From: Blastocatellia bacterium | Lineage (GTDB): Bacteria > Acidobacteriota > Blastocatellia > UBA7656 | Reading direction: 5' to 3' | Assembly: GCA_046565505.1 (NCBI GenBank) | Contig: JBKHYJ010000015.1 | Span: 13,600 to 77,599, forward strand | DNA length: 64,000 nucleotides | Shown: piece by piece, positions 47,937 through 58,032 of the stretch | Position numbering within the stretch: position 1 is the first letter of the stretch | How the letters are laid out: every line of letters starts with the position of its first letter | Translations under genes and position numbers: made by a program | The notes under the pieces: generated by a model | The model's database searches: none | The model's input: only the letters and a program-made list of their open reading frames with translations | What the model was told of the DNA's origin: nothing

Positions 47937-48803
47937 GCCGCAGACGGTTCCGATGAATGTGAGTCTTGATCGTGCGGGGCCAAATATGTCTAGCGCCTGG
48001 GCCATGCAGGTTCAGAAACGTCAGCTCGTCTGCAATAATTCGGCCCGCTTATTTGTAAACACAATCCGCGGATGACCGTTGATTCCCGCCTCTCTCCCCG
48101 CACGGCTATCCGTCGTCAACCGTGCAGAGGCTTGATTGATCCCCTCCTGATGTCTTTGCCAAACAACTCCTGTATGCGCATGGGCGCTAACGTAAACGGC
48201 AACTCCCGTACCAATTCCCGCGCGCGCCATGCCCTTATTCTCAAACCGGGCCGCGCGCAAAGGGCTCGCGAAAAAAATGCTGTGATTTCGCACGTTTATC
48301 ATCCGCCCGTTAGGGCGATTCGGGCGCGCCGTCGCGTTGTGAATGTGAACCTTTTTGATGTCTATGTCGAAAAGGTGCTCTCGTATGAGACGTTAAAGTC
48401 GTGGGAGCACCAGTCCCGTACGACTTCGCCTGCGCGCGTGGGGATGCGGCCTCTCGGCTGGCGCGGGGTGAGAGCGAATCGAGGGCGGTGCGTGGCACAG
48501 TTTGCCTCATCGCGTTACCATTTCGCCACTGCCCGTCCGCATGAAGCGGCCTTGCGCGCCTCCTGATGCTCATAACGAGCGGCATACTTTCTGCTCTTGG
48601 AATCGGAGTAATGCTTACCCATTGCGAGGGAGCGAGGCGTAGTATTCTTAGGCCCGCGTTATCTGAACGGTCTTCTCTGTACTTTGTCTTTCTACTTGCT
48701 GTGTTCCTCCTCTTCTTCATAGGGCCGTGGGGGCGGTTGCTCGCCCCCCGGCCCATTTTTGCGCGCCCGGCTAAGCGACGGGGTGACTGCTTAGGAGACG
48801 GAC

Positions 48804-49958
48804 ATGCTGACCTTAATCGAGAATGGCGAAATCTATGCCCCCGAGCCTCAAGGGCGGGATACGATCCTATTGGCGGATGGGAAGGTGGCAAAAATAGGCG
48901 GCGTTGACCGGCGCGCTTTGCAGCCCCTGGGGCTCGAAGTCGAGGTCATAGACGCCGCGGGCTGCGTGGTCACGCCGGGCTTCATAGACCCTCACGAACA
49001 CCTCCTCGGCGGCAGCGGCGAGAAGGGCTTCAGCACCCAGACGCCGGAGATATATTTGAGCGAGATCGTCTGCGCGGGCATAACGACGGTCGTCGGCTGT
49101 CTTGGCGTGGACACTACGATGAAGACCATGCCGGGGCTGCTCGCCAAGGCGAAGGGCTTGAAAGAAGAGGGCGTGTCCGCCTTCATATGGTCCGGGGGCT
49201 ACACTGTGCCGCCTACGACTATCATGAAGACGATCCGCGACGACATCCTGTTCATAGAAGAAGTGATAGGCGCGGGCGAGGTCGCAATCTCCGACGAGCG
49301 CTCCACGGAGCCTCGCCTGCGCGAGCTTGCCAGGCTCGTGTCGGACGCGCACGCGGGTGGCATGCTGAGCGGGAAAGCCGGCGTCACGCATTTTCACACG
49401 GGAGGGGGGAGCGAACGTCTGTCACTGCTGCGCGACCTGCTTGACGGGTACGAGATAGAGCCCGGCTGGCTTTACGCCACGCATGTCGGGCGGAGCCAAT
49501 CATTAATGGAAGAAGCGATAGGGCTCGCCCACAGAGGGTGCTTCGTCGATGTGGACACGGTCGAGGAGGACTTGCCGAAGTGGCTCGGGTTCTACCTGGA
49601 GCGGGGCGGAAACCCCGACCAGCTCACCGCCTCTTCGGACGCCTCCATCACGAGCCCGCGCAACCTGTACGAGCAGGTGCGGGCCTGCGCCGTAGGGCAT
49701 GGCTTCCCGGTCGAGCAGGTGTTGAAGCTTGTAACGTCGAACACCGCGCGGGCGTTGAGGCTGGAAAATAAGGGCAGGCTCGAAGCGGGCAAGGACGCGG
49801 ACGTGCTCGTGCTGAAGAAAGGCTCGCTTGAGGTCGTGGACGTGATCGCGGGCGGCAGGCGAATGGTCAGTCGCGGGGAGATCGCAATCACAGAGAAATT
49901 CCTGGAGGACAGCAACCGCTCCATTACGCTCAGGGGTAGGAAAACGGGGCGCGGTTGA
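48804..49958 (+). CDS. iadA: isoaspartyl (beta-aspartyl) dipeptidase, amidohydrolase superfamily
   Basis: GFIDPHEHLLGG metal-binding motif, and overall conservation to IadA across the full length. Confidence 0.85.
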   Translation: MLTLIENGEIYAPEPQGRDTILLADGKVAKIGGVDRRALQPLGLEVEVIDAAGCVVTPGFIDPHEHLLGGSGEKGFSTQTPEIYLSEIVCAGITTVVGCLGVDTTMKTMPGLLAKAKGLKEEGVSAFIWSGGYTVPPTTIMKTIRDDILFIEEVIGAGEVAISDERSTEPRLRELARLVSDAHAGGMLSGKAGVTHFHTGGGSERLSLLRDLLDGYEIEPGWLYATHVGRSQSLMEEAIGLAHRGCFVDVDTVEEDLPKWLGFYLERGGNPDQLTASSDASITSPRNLYEQVRACAVGHGFPVEQVLKLVTSNTARALRLENKGRLEAGKDADVLVLKKGSLEVVDVIAGGRRMVSRGEIAITEKFLEDSNRSITLRGRKTGRG

Positions 49959-50165
49959 GAGCGCCGGTTTAGTGCGTCAGCTCGCACGGAGGCCATCAAG
50001 ATTTCGGATCAGGGCGGACCGTCGCATAGCCCCCGCCCCGGTAGAGACGAGCCGGCCTCGCCCGGGCCTAACCTTAGTGTGCAAGAGAACAGGGGAATGG
50101 CGTTCGATTAATACAGCCCGGTAGATTGCTTCTGGCAACCATCACTCACATCCCGGAGTTGTTAG

Positions 50166-50744
50166 ATGCGAACTACGGTATTGATCCTTGTGCTCCTTCT
50201 CTTGCCCCTGACCGCCGCGGCCCAGCAGACGCCTAAAGTCGAGTTATTCGGCGGCTATTCTTACTTCCGCAACGAGGGCGGCTCGGGCCTTCATGGGTGG
50301 AACGGCTCGGTCGCGGCCAACCTTAACAAGTGGTTCGGACTTGTAGCGGACGTTTCGGGCCATTACGACTCCAGGTCATTTCGGTTCACGGACGTGCGCG
50401 GCAACGTGGGCCTGTTCGATGGCAGAACTAACAGGCACACGATTCTGATCGGGCCGCGCTTCTCTTACCGCAACAGCAGCCGCTTAGTCCCATTCGCCCA
50501 TGCGCTGGTCGGGGTGACCCGCGTGCATGAAGAAACGACAAACCTCGCGACTGATTTCTCCGCAGTCTTTAGAGGGAATAATTCTGGCTTCGCGATGGTC
50601 GCGGGCGGGGGGCTGGACGTGGGAATGAGCCGAAACCTGGCCCTTCGAGTAATACAGGCCGATTACTTCGTGACTCGCATTTTCGGGACGCAACACAACA
50701 CGCGCATATCCGTAGGGCTCGTGTTCCGGCCCGGCTCAAGGTAA
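50166..50744 (+). CDS. outer-membrane beta-barrel protein (OmpW/opacity-like porin family)
   Basis: A signal peptide ending AAAQQ, alternating amphipathic beta-strands, and the C-terminal aromatic residues F-x-F/V-F. Confidence 0.7.
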   Translation: MRTTVLILVLLLLPLTAAAQQTPKVELFGGYSYFRNEGGSGLHGWNGSVAANLNKWFGLVADVSGHYDSRSFRFTDVRGNVGLFDGRTNRHTILIGPRFSYRNSSRLVPFAHALVGVTRVHEETTNLATDFSAVFRGNNSGFAMVAGGGLDVGMSRNLALRVIQADYFVTRIFGTQHNTRISVGLVFRPGSR

Positions 50745-51099
50745 GAAGGCGCTATGCGTCGCCATATCCTCATAACCCCTACGGTAATTTTCACGGCATT
50801 CGGGCGAGCACCGTCACGCCCTGCCCCTAGCCCGCGGGCCGCACGCCCGCAGGCTTTGCCTGAGGTGCTCGCCCGAATTAGTCTTGTCGCCCCGCCGCTC
50901 GACCGGGCTCCTTCGCCGACCGAGCTTTAATACCATGTTTTGAATGCGCCTGCCTCGCGGGGCCGCGGACGGCCCATTCTTCTCCGCCCCCTGTTTTATC
51001 TTTTGCCTGCCGCGGCGGGCGGAGTAATATTTCAAATCTAAAACGAGATTCGAATAGAATTCGTAAACGCTTTAGCTTCGGCCCGGCGGGCGAGGGGGT

Positions 51100-53502
51100 G
51101 TGGGGATGCGAAGATTCAGGAGCTTTCGGAACACAGTTTTTAATGCCCTGCTGGTGAGCTTCGCACTGATACCGGCTTTCAATCACTCTGTGATCTCGGC
51201 GGGCGTCCAGCGGCCGCGCGCGGATGGCCGCGCGGGCTACGGGCCTGTGATTGAAATGCTTGAGCGTTTCATCGAGCGCGAGATGGTCGATAAGCAACTA
51301 CCCGCGCTTTCGATAGCGCTCGTCGATGACCGTCAGACCGTCTGGGCGAAGGGTTTTGGCTTCGCCGACCCGAAAGATAAAACGCCCGCCACGGCCGATA
51401 CTGTTTACCGCGTGGGGTCCGTGTCGAAGCTCTTCACGGACATCGCCGTCATGCAGCTAGTGGAGCGGGGAAACCTAGACCTGGACGCGCCCGTGAGCAG
51501 GTACCTCCCGGACTTCAGCCCGCGCAACCCTTTCGGCAAGCCCGTCACGCTGAGGCAGCTAATGTCGCACCGCTCGGGCCTCGCCCGCGAATCGCCCGTG
51601 GGCAGCTATTTTGACCCGACGGAGCCTTCGCTCGCGCGCACGGTCGCGAGCCTTAATAAGACTTCCCTCGTTTACGAGCCTGAGACGCGCAGCAAGTACT
51701 CGAACGCCGCCATCGCGACGGTCGGCTACGTGCTTGAGCGCACGCAGGGGCAGCCGTTCGCCAGATACTTGAAGCGCGCCGTGCTCGACCCGCTCGGCCT
51801 CGCGCACAGCAGTTTCGAGCCTTCGCCGGAGGTCAATGGCAAGCTCGCGAAAGCTTTCATGTGGACCCTCGATGGCCGCGTCTTCGACGCGCCGACCTTT
51901 CAGCTCGGCATCAGCCCGGCCGGGAGCATGTACACTACAGTCACGGACCTGGCGCGCTTTATGAGCGCGTTGTTTGCCGGGGGCGAAGGCGCGAACGGGC
52001 GGATTCTCAATCCGGCTACGCTCGAGCAGATGTGGACGCCGCAGTACGCGGCACGAGGCCAGAAGGCCGGCTTCGGCATAGGCTTTCATGTGGCGGAGGT
52101 TGACGGGCACCGACAGGTCGGGCACGGCGGGGCCATCTATGGGTTTGCCACTTCGCTTGAGGCCCTGACCGAAGACAAGCTCGGCGTCGTGGTCGTCACC
52201 ACGAAAGACTCCGCCAACGCGGTGACGAATCGAATAGCCGGCATAGCTTTGAAAGCCATGCTCGCGGCCCGCGAAGGCAAGGCCGTCGCGCCGCCGGAAA
52301 TCAATCCGCCCGTAGAGCCCGCACTCGCGCGCAGGGTCGGCGGGCGGTACGTGAGAGGCGATAAAGGAATCGACCTGATCGAAAGCGGCGGCGGGCTCTC
52401 CGCGCTCGCGATGGGCGGCGGCGAGCCCGTGCGGCTTCGGGCGGCCGGGGCCGCGCTCATAGCCGACGACCTGCTCGGCTACGGCGCGACGATTACTGTG
52501 CGCGGCGACGAGCTGGTCGCCGGCGGCGAGACGTTCAAGCGAGTCCCCGTCGTCAAGCCCGCGCCCGCGCCGAAGCAGTTTGAAGGGCTGATAGGCGAGT
52601 ACGGATGGGACCACGACATTCTGTATATACTTGAGAAGGACGGGAAGCTCTGGGCGCTGATAGAGTGGTTTGAATTCGACCCTCTCGAACAAGTTTCGGA
52701 GGATGTCTTCAGGTTCCCGAGCCGCGGGCTTTACGATGGCGAGCGGCTCGTTTTCAAGCGAGACGCGAGAGGCCGCGCGACGGAGGTCGAGGCGGCGAAC
52801 GTCGTATTCAAGCGCCGTGCGGTGGGGCCGGAGGATGGCGCGCCGCAACTACGAGTCGCGCCCCTGCGGCCCGTCAGCCTGTTGTTAAAGGAAGCCCTGG
52901 CGGCCTCGCCGCCGCGAGAGAGCGGCGATTTCCGCGAGCCGGAGCTTGTGGAACTCGCGCGGCTCGACCCGACCATCAAGCTGGATATTCGTTACGCGAC
53001 CACGAATAATTTCCTGGGCAGCGCCTTCTACTCGGAGGCGCGCGCCTTCATGCAGAGGCCGGCGGCGGAGGCGCTCGTTCGCGCGCACCGCAAATTGAGA
53101 GGGCAAGGATTCGGGCTGCTCGTACACGACGCCTACAGGCCGTGGTACGTGACGAAGGTTTTCTGGGACGCGACGCCGGACGACAAGAAGGTTTTTGTGG
53201 CGGACCCCGCGAAAGGCTCGCGGCACAACCGCGGCGCGGCGGTCGACCTCACGCTTTACGATTTGAAGACGGGCTCGCCCGTCGAGATGGTTAGCACTTA
53301 CGACGAGACGACCGACCGCGCCTACCCGGATTACCCGGGCGGCACGTCGCTGCAACGGTGGCACAGGAAACTGTTGCGCGACGCGATGGAGGCCGAAGGG
53401 TTCACGGTGTATGAAGCCGAGTGGTGGCACTTCGATTACAACGACTGGCGCAAGTACCGAATCGGCAACGTGCCCTTCGATAAGATAAGAGCCGCTAGGT
53501 AA
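51100..53502 (+). CDS. fusion protein: serine beta-lactamase/DD-peptidase-like (PF00144) domain - middle domain - C-terminal VanX-type D-Ala-D-Ala dipeptidase (M15D) domain
   Basis: The N-terminal domain carries S-x-x-K (SVSKLF), Y-S-N and HGG motifs. The C-terminal 200 aa carry the VanX zinc and catalytic motifs SRHNRGAAVDLTL and EWWHFDY, plus LDIRYATTNNF. Signal peptide. Confidence 0.8.
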   Translation: MGMRRFRSFRNTVFNALLVSFALIPAFNHSVISAGVQRPRADGRAGYGPVIEMLERFIEREMVDKQLPALSIALVDDRQTVWAKGFGFADPKDKTPATADTVYRVGSVSKLFTDIAVMQLVERGNLDLDAPVSRYLPDFSPRNPFGKPVTLRQLMSHRSGLARESPVGSYFDPTEPSLARTVASLNKTSLVYEPETRSKYSNAAIATVGYVLERTQGQPFARYLKRAVLDPLGLAHSSFEPSPEVNGKLAKAFMWTLDGRVFDAPTFQLGISPAGSMYTTVTDLARFMSALFAGGEGANGRILNPATLEQMWTPQYAARGQKAGFGIGFHVAEVDGHRQVGHGGAIYGFATSLEALTEDKLGVVVVTTKDSANAVTNRIAGIALKAMLAAREGKAVAPPEINPPVEPALARRVGGRYVRGDKGIDLIESGGGLSALAMGGGEPVRLRAAGAALIADDLLGYGATITVRGDELVAGGETFKRVPVVKPAPAPKQFEGLIGEYGWDHDILYILEKDGKLWALIEWFEFDPLEQVSEDVFRFPSRGLYDGERLVFKRDARGRATEVEAANVVFKRRAVGPEDGAPQLRVAPLRPVSLLLKEALAASPPRESGDFREPELVELARLDPTIKLDIRYATTNNFLGSAFYSEARAFMQRPAAEALVRAHRKLRGQGFGLLVHDAYRPWYVTKVFWDATPDDKKVFVADPAKGSRHNRGAAVDLTLYDLKTGSPVEMVSTYDETTDRAYPDYPGGTSLQRWHRKLLRDAMEAEGFTVYEAEWWHFDYNDWRKYRIGNVPFDKIRAAR

Positions 53503-53599
53503 CCGCCGCGCAGGGCTCGCGCGCCTTCCGCGGCCGCGCGACCCGGCGGCGGGTTTTTGCGGCGCGGCATGTAGATCATGTTTTAGAGGAGAAGTTACG

Positions 53600-56500
53600 A
53601 TGAAGAGAGCGGTGTTGTGGACGATCACGTTCTTATTGGCCCTGGCGGGGGCGAGCCACGGGCAGACGGGAAAGCTTCTGCTGTTGCAAAAGCCCACGTT
53701 GAGCAAGACTCACGTAGCGTTCGCTTACGCGGGGGACTTGTGGATAGTGAGTAGGGAAGGCGGCGACGCCGCGCGCTTGACGACGGGAACGGGCGTCGAA
53801 ACCGACCCGATCTTTTCGCCCGACGGCAGCCTGATAGCCTTCACGGGGGAGTACGATGGCAACGTAGATGTTTACGTCGTCGCGGCCGGCGGCGGCATAC
53901 CGAAGCGATTGACTTATCACCCCGGCGCCGACGTCGCGGTCGGCTGGACGGCCGACGCCAAGCAGGTGCTATTCCGCTCGGGCCGCAACAGCCCGTTCCC
54001 CGTCCCGCGCCTCTTCACCATGCCGGTCGATGGAGGGTTCCCCGCGGAGGTGCCTCTGCCGATGGCCGACAGCGGGAGCTATTCGCCCGACGGGACGCGG
54101 CTCGCCTACGTGCCGACCACGCAGTGGCAGCAGGCGTGGAAGCGTTACCGCGGCGGGCAGACGAGCCCCATCTGGCTGGCTAACCTTTCGGATTCGAGCG
54201 TCGAAAAGATACCGCGCGAGAACTCGAATGATTCATACCCGATGTGGGTCGGCGACCGCGTCTACTTCCTCTCCGACCGCAATGGGCCGACGACGCTGTT
54301 CGGTTACGACATCGCGACGAAAAAAGTCACGCAGTTGATCCGCAACGAGGGCCTGGACATCAAGTCGGCGTCGGCGGGACCGGGCGCGATCGTCTACGAG
54401 CAGTTCGGCTCGCTTCATTTATACGATCTGAATTCGGGGAAGGCGCGGAGGCTGGACGTACGCATAGCCGGCGACATGCCTGGCGTCCGCCCGCGGTTCG
54501 AGAAGGTGGCGGCCCGCATAGCGTCGGTGGGCCTTTCGCCCACGGGCGCGCGGACGGTATTCGAGGCGCGCGGCGAAATCTTGACGGTCCCTGCGGAGAA
54601 GGGCAGCGCGCGCAACCTAACAAACACCTCCGGGGTGGCGGAGCGCGACCCCGCCTGGTCGCCCGACGGCAAATGGATAGCTTATTTCTCCGACGAGTCC
54701 GGCGAGTACGAGCTACACCTTCGAGACCAGACAGGGATGGGCAACGTGCGAAAGATCAACCTGGGCAACCCGCCCTCGTTCTATTACTCGCCCACCTGGT
54801 CGCCCGACAGCAAAAAGATCGCTTACACGGACAAGCGGTTGAACCTCTGGTACGTCGACCTGGATAAGGGCGCGCCCGTGAAAGTAGACACCACAGCCTA
54901 CGAGAACCCCTGGCGGGTCTTCGACCCCGTGTGGTCGCCCGACAGCCGTTGGCTGGCCTACACGAAGCAGCTCGATAATCACCTGGGCGCGGTCTTCCTC
55001 TACTCGCCCGAAACGGGCAAGAGCCACCAGATTACGGATGGCCTGAGCGACGCGCGCTTCGCGACTTTTGATAAGGGCGGAAAATACCTCTACTTCACGG
55101 CGAGCACGGACATAGGCCCCACCACGGGGTGGCTAGACATGTCCAGCTTCAATCACCCGGTCACGCGCAGCGTCTACGTGGTCGTGCTCAGGAAAGACTT
55201 GCCCTCCCCGCTCGCGCCCGAAAGCGACGAGGAGAAGGTGCAGGAGGCGCAAAAGGCTGCGGACGCCGCCGCACAGCCGGGGGCGGGCGGGGATAAGCCC
55301 GCCGAGAAGAAAGAGCCCGTCACGGTGACGATTGACCTGGATAACATCGGGCAGCGCGTACTCGCTCTGCCGATCCCCGCGCGGAACTACACGGGGATGG
55401 AAGCGGGGAAGGCGGGCATACTTTACCTGCTCGAAGTCGCGCCGGGCGTGGGCGACCTGTTCGGCGGCGGCCCCCAGACGCTACACAAGTTCGAGCTTGA
55501 GAAGCGCAAGATGGATAAAGTCATTGAAGGCATCAACGCCTTTCTACTCTCGGCCAACGGCGAGAAGATGCTCTACCGCCAGGGGCAGGGGTGGTTCATC
55601 GCGGCGACCGCCCAGCCCATTCAGCCCGGCCAGGGCGCGCTCAAGCTCGACGAGATGGAGGTCTACGTGGACCCGCGCGCCGAATGGGATCAGATGTACC
55701 GTGAGGTGTGGCGCATACAGCGGGATTTCATCTACGACCCTGGCCTCCACGGCCTCGACCTCAAGTCCGCGCAGGCGAAGTACAAGCCATACGTGGAGGC
55801 GATAGCTCATCGCGCGGACCTCAACTACCTGTTCACGGAGATGCTCGGCGAGCTTACGGTCGGGCACATGTTCATAGGCGGGGGTGACGCGCCCGCGCCC
55901 AGGAGGGTGAAGGGCGGTTTGCTGGGGGCCGATTTCCGGGCGGAGAACGGGAGGTATCGCTTCGCACGAATCTACAATGGCGAGAACTGGAACCCCGGCC
56001 TGCGCGCGCCCCTGACGCAGCCGGGCGTGAACGTCCAGGCGGGCGAATACCTCCTCGCGGTAAACGGCCGCGAGGTGCGGTCGGCGGACAACGTCTACAG
56101 CTTCTTTGAAGGGACGGCGGGCAAGTCCGTTGTGATAAGAGTCGGCCCGGACCCGGGCGGGGCGGGGGCGCGCGAGGTGACGGTGGTGCCGGTCGAGAGT
56201 GAAACGGGGCTGCGAAATCTCGCCTGGGTCGAAGACAACCGCCGAAAGGTGGACCAGATGAGCGGCGGCCGGCTGGCTTACGTCTACCTGCCTAACACGG
56301 CCGGCGAAGGGTACACGAATTTCAACCGCTATTACTTCGCGCAGATCAACAAAGAGGGGGCCGTCATCGACGAGCGATTCAATGGCGGCGGGACGGCGGC
56401 CGATTACATCATCGATTATATGCGGCGGCCGCTGATGAATTACTGGCAGACGCGCGAGGGCAAGACCTTCACGACCCCCGTCGGCTCGATCTTCGGGCCG

Positions 56501-56899
56501 AAAGCCATGATCATCAACGAGTACGCGGGCAGCGGCGGCGACGCCTTGCCGTGGTACTTCAGAAAGGCGGGCGTCGGGCCGCTGGTAGGCAAGCGCACCT
56601 GGGGGGGGCTGGTCGGCATATATGATTACCCGCAGTTGATAGACGGCGGGTTTGTGACCGCGCCGCGCGTGGCGTTCTGGAGCCCGAAAGGCGACTGGGA
56701 TGTCGAGAATCATGGCGTCGCGCCCGACATCGAAGTCGAGTACGACCCGCAGGCATGGCGGGCGGGCCGCGACCCCCAGCTTGAAAAAGCTGTCGAAGTC
56801 GTTATGGACGCGCTCAAGAAGAACCCGCTGCCCAGGCACGAAAGGCCGGCTTACCCGAATTACCACAACCCGAACCGCGCCTCGACATCGGGCCGCTGA
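53600..56899 (+). CDS. tricorn protease homolog (S41 family) with TolB-like beta-propellers and PDZ domain
   Basis: 1099 aa with a signal peptide. Its N-terminus (VAFAYAGDLWIVSREGGDARLTTG...DPIFSPDGSLIAFTGEYDGN) is typical of tricorn. The C-terminal S41 catalytic region is AGSGGDALPW. Confidence 0.85.
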   Translation: MKRAVLWTITFLLALAGASHGQTGKLLLLQKPTLSKTHVAFAYAGDLWIVSREGGDAARLTTGTGVETDPIFSPDGSLIAFTGEYDGNVDVYVVAAGGGIPKRLTYHPGADVAVGWTADAKQVLFRSGRNSPFPVPRLFTMPVDGGFPAEVPLPMADSGSYSPDGTRLAYVPTTQWQQAWKRYRGGQTSPIWLANLSDSSVEKIPRENSNDSYPMWVGDRVYFLSDRNGPTTLFGYDIATKKVTQLIRNEGLDIKSASAGPGAIVYEQFGSLHLYDLNSGKARRLDVRIAGDMPGVRPRFEKVAARIASVGLSPTGARTVFEARGEILTVPAEKGSARNLTNTSGVAERDPAWSPDGKWIAYFSDESGEYELHLRDQTGMGNVRKINLGNPPSFYYSPTWSPDSKKIAYTDKRLNLWYVDLDKGAPVKVDTTAYENPWRVFDPVWSPDSRWLAYTKQLDNHLGAVFLYSPETGKSHQITDGLSDARFATFDKGGKYLYFTASTDIGPTTGWLDMSSFNHPVTRSVYVVVLRKDLPSPLAPESDEEKVQEAQKAADAAAQPGAGGDKPAEKKEPVTVTIDLDNIGQRVLALPIPARNYTGMEAGKAGILYLLEVAPGVGDLFGGGPQTLHKFELEKRKMDKVIEGINAFLLSANGEKMLYRQGQGWFIAATAQPIQPGQGALKLDEMEVYVDPRAEWDQMYREVWRIQRDFIYDPGLHGLDLKSAQAKYKPYVEAIAHRADLNYLFTEMLGELTVGHMFIGGGDAPAPRRVKGGLLGADFRAENGRYRFARIYNGENWNPGLRAPLTQPGVNVQAGEYLLAVNGREVRSADNVYSFFEGTAGKSVVIRVGPDPGGAGAREVTVVPVESETGLRNLAWVEDNRRKVDQMSGGRLAYVYLPNTAGEGYTNFNRYYFAQINKEGAVIDERFNGGGTAADYIIDYMRRPLMNYWQTREGKTFTTPVGSIFGPKAMIINEYAGSGGDALPWYFRKAGVGPLVGKRTWGGLVGIYDYPQLIDGGFVTAPRVAFWSPKGDWDVENHGVAPDIEVEYDPQAWRAGRDPQLEKAVEVVMDALKKNPLPRHERPAYPNYHNPNRASTSGR

Positions 56900-57242
56900 A
56901 TGGGCGGCTGACGTGGTCGAGCGCGCGGCTGCGGCGGTGACCGCGGGGGCGCGGGCGGAGACGTAGAGCTAACGCCCGACGTTCCTCTGCGGCCCCGCGG
57001 TCAGGCTTTCGTTAACGCCGCGGTGGCGCCCCTCGTTCACGCGAGCGGTGAGTTTCGGGGCCGGCCGATTGACCGCCTTAAATCCAGCCCTCAGTGCGAC
57101 TGCGTACCGACGCCCCGCGCGTTTGCCATTAGAATAAAGGCATCCTCACTTGACGGTGGACGAATAGGGATCGCGCGGGGAATGACCTACGGCGGCGAGC
57201 CTCCCGGCACCATCCTCCGAATCTTTACTCTCGTTACATGCT

Positions 57243-57971
57243 TTGACATCTCATCAGCCTTATAACAGGAGCCAAATTCTAAACGCTCTGCCCGCTGCCG
57301 AGCGGTCGCGCCTGCTCACAATGTCTAAGTCGGTCTCGTGCGGCTTCAAACAGGTCATATATGACTGCGGCGACCCTACCGAGTTCGTCTACTTCCCGGT
57401 CCAATGCGTGGTCTCTGTGATGTCGGTGGCGGAGAACGGCACGGGCGTCGAGGTGTGCATGGTGGGCAACGAAGGCGTCGCGGGGGTGTCGGCGCTGCTC
57501 GGATGCGACAGCACGCCTGATCGGGCCAGGGCGCTGGTCGCCGGGGACGTCATCAGGGTCGAGGCTCGCGCGGTTAAGGAGGAATTCAGGCGCGTCGGGC
57601 TCTTTCATGAAATCTTACTCCGCCACATGCAAGTGATAATGACGCAGTTATCTCATATCGCCTGTTGCAATCGCGTGCACTCTATTGATAAGCGACTCTC
57701 GCGGTGGCTGCTGATGATATGTGACAGGGCGGAATCGCTTGAGTTCTCGCTGACTCATGAGTTCATTTCGGATTTGCTGGGGGCGCGCAGGGCGGGCGTG
57801 ACCGTGGCGGCCGGCCTGCTTCAGAGGAGAGAGATAATACGTTATTCGCGCGGCCGAATCGTCGTGCTCGACAGGCGGAGGCTGGAAGAGGGCGCCTGCG
57901 ATTGCTACAGGGCCATCAAACAGGAATACGACCGCTTTGCCCACTTCCTCGGAAGCGACTCCCGTCCATAG
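57243..57971 (+). CDS. Crp/Fnr-family transcriptional regulator
   Basis: A cNMP-binding beta-roll (FKQVIYDCGDPTEFVYFP) and a C-terminal HTH (HEFISDLLGARRAGVTVAAGLLQRREIIRYS). The annotated start is a TTG without a clear RBS, so the start is uncertain. Confidence 0.7.
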   Translation: MTSHQPYNRSQILNALPAAERSRLLTMSKSVSCGFKQVIYDCGDPTEFVYFPVQCVVSVMSVAENGTGVEVCMVGNEGVAGVSALLGCDSTPDRARALVAGDVIRVEARAVKEEFRRVGLFHEILLRHMQVIMTQLSHIACCNRVHSIDKRLSRWLLMICDRAESLEFSLTHEFISDLLGARRAGVTVAAGLLQRREIIRYSRGRIVVLDRRRLEEGACDCYRAIKQEYDRFAHFLGSDSRP

Positions 57972-58032
57972 GCCCCCGCCCGGCAAGAGTCCCTGTTGTA
58001 CAGGCGGACTGTCGGGAGGGCCCGGCCGAGGC

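Noticed and set aside
51559-52848. 429-aa minus-strand ORF
   Set aside because: It is antisense to the beta-lactamase/VanX fusion gene.
55544-56866. 440-aa minus-strand ORF
   Set aside because: It is antisense to the tricorn protease gene, whose frame carries clear homology.
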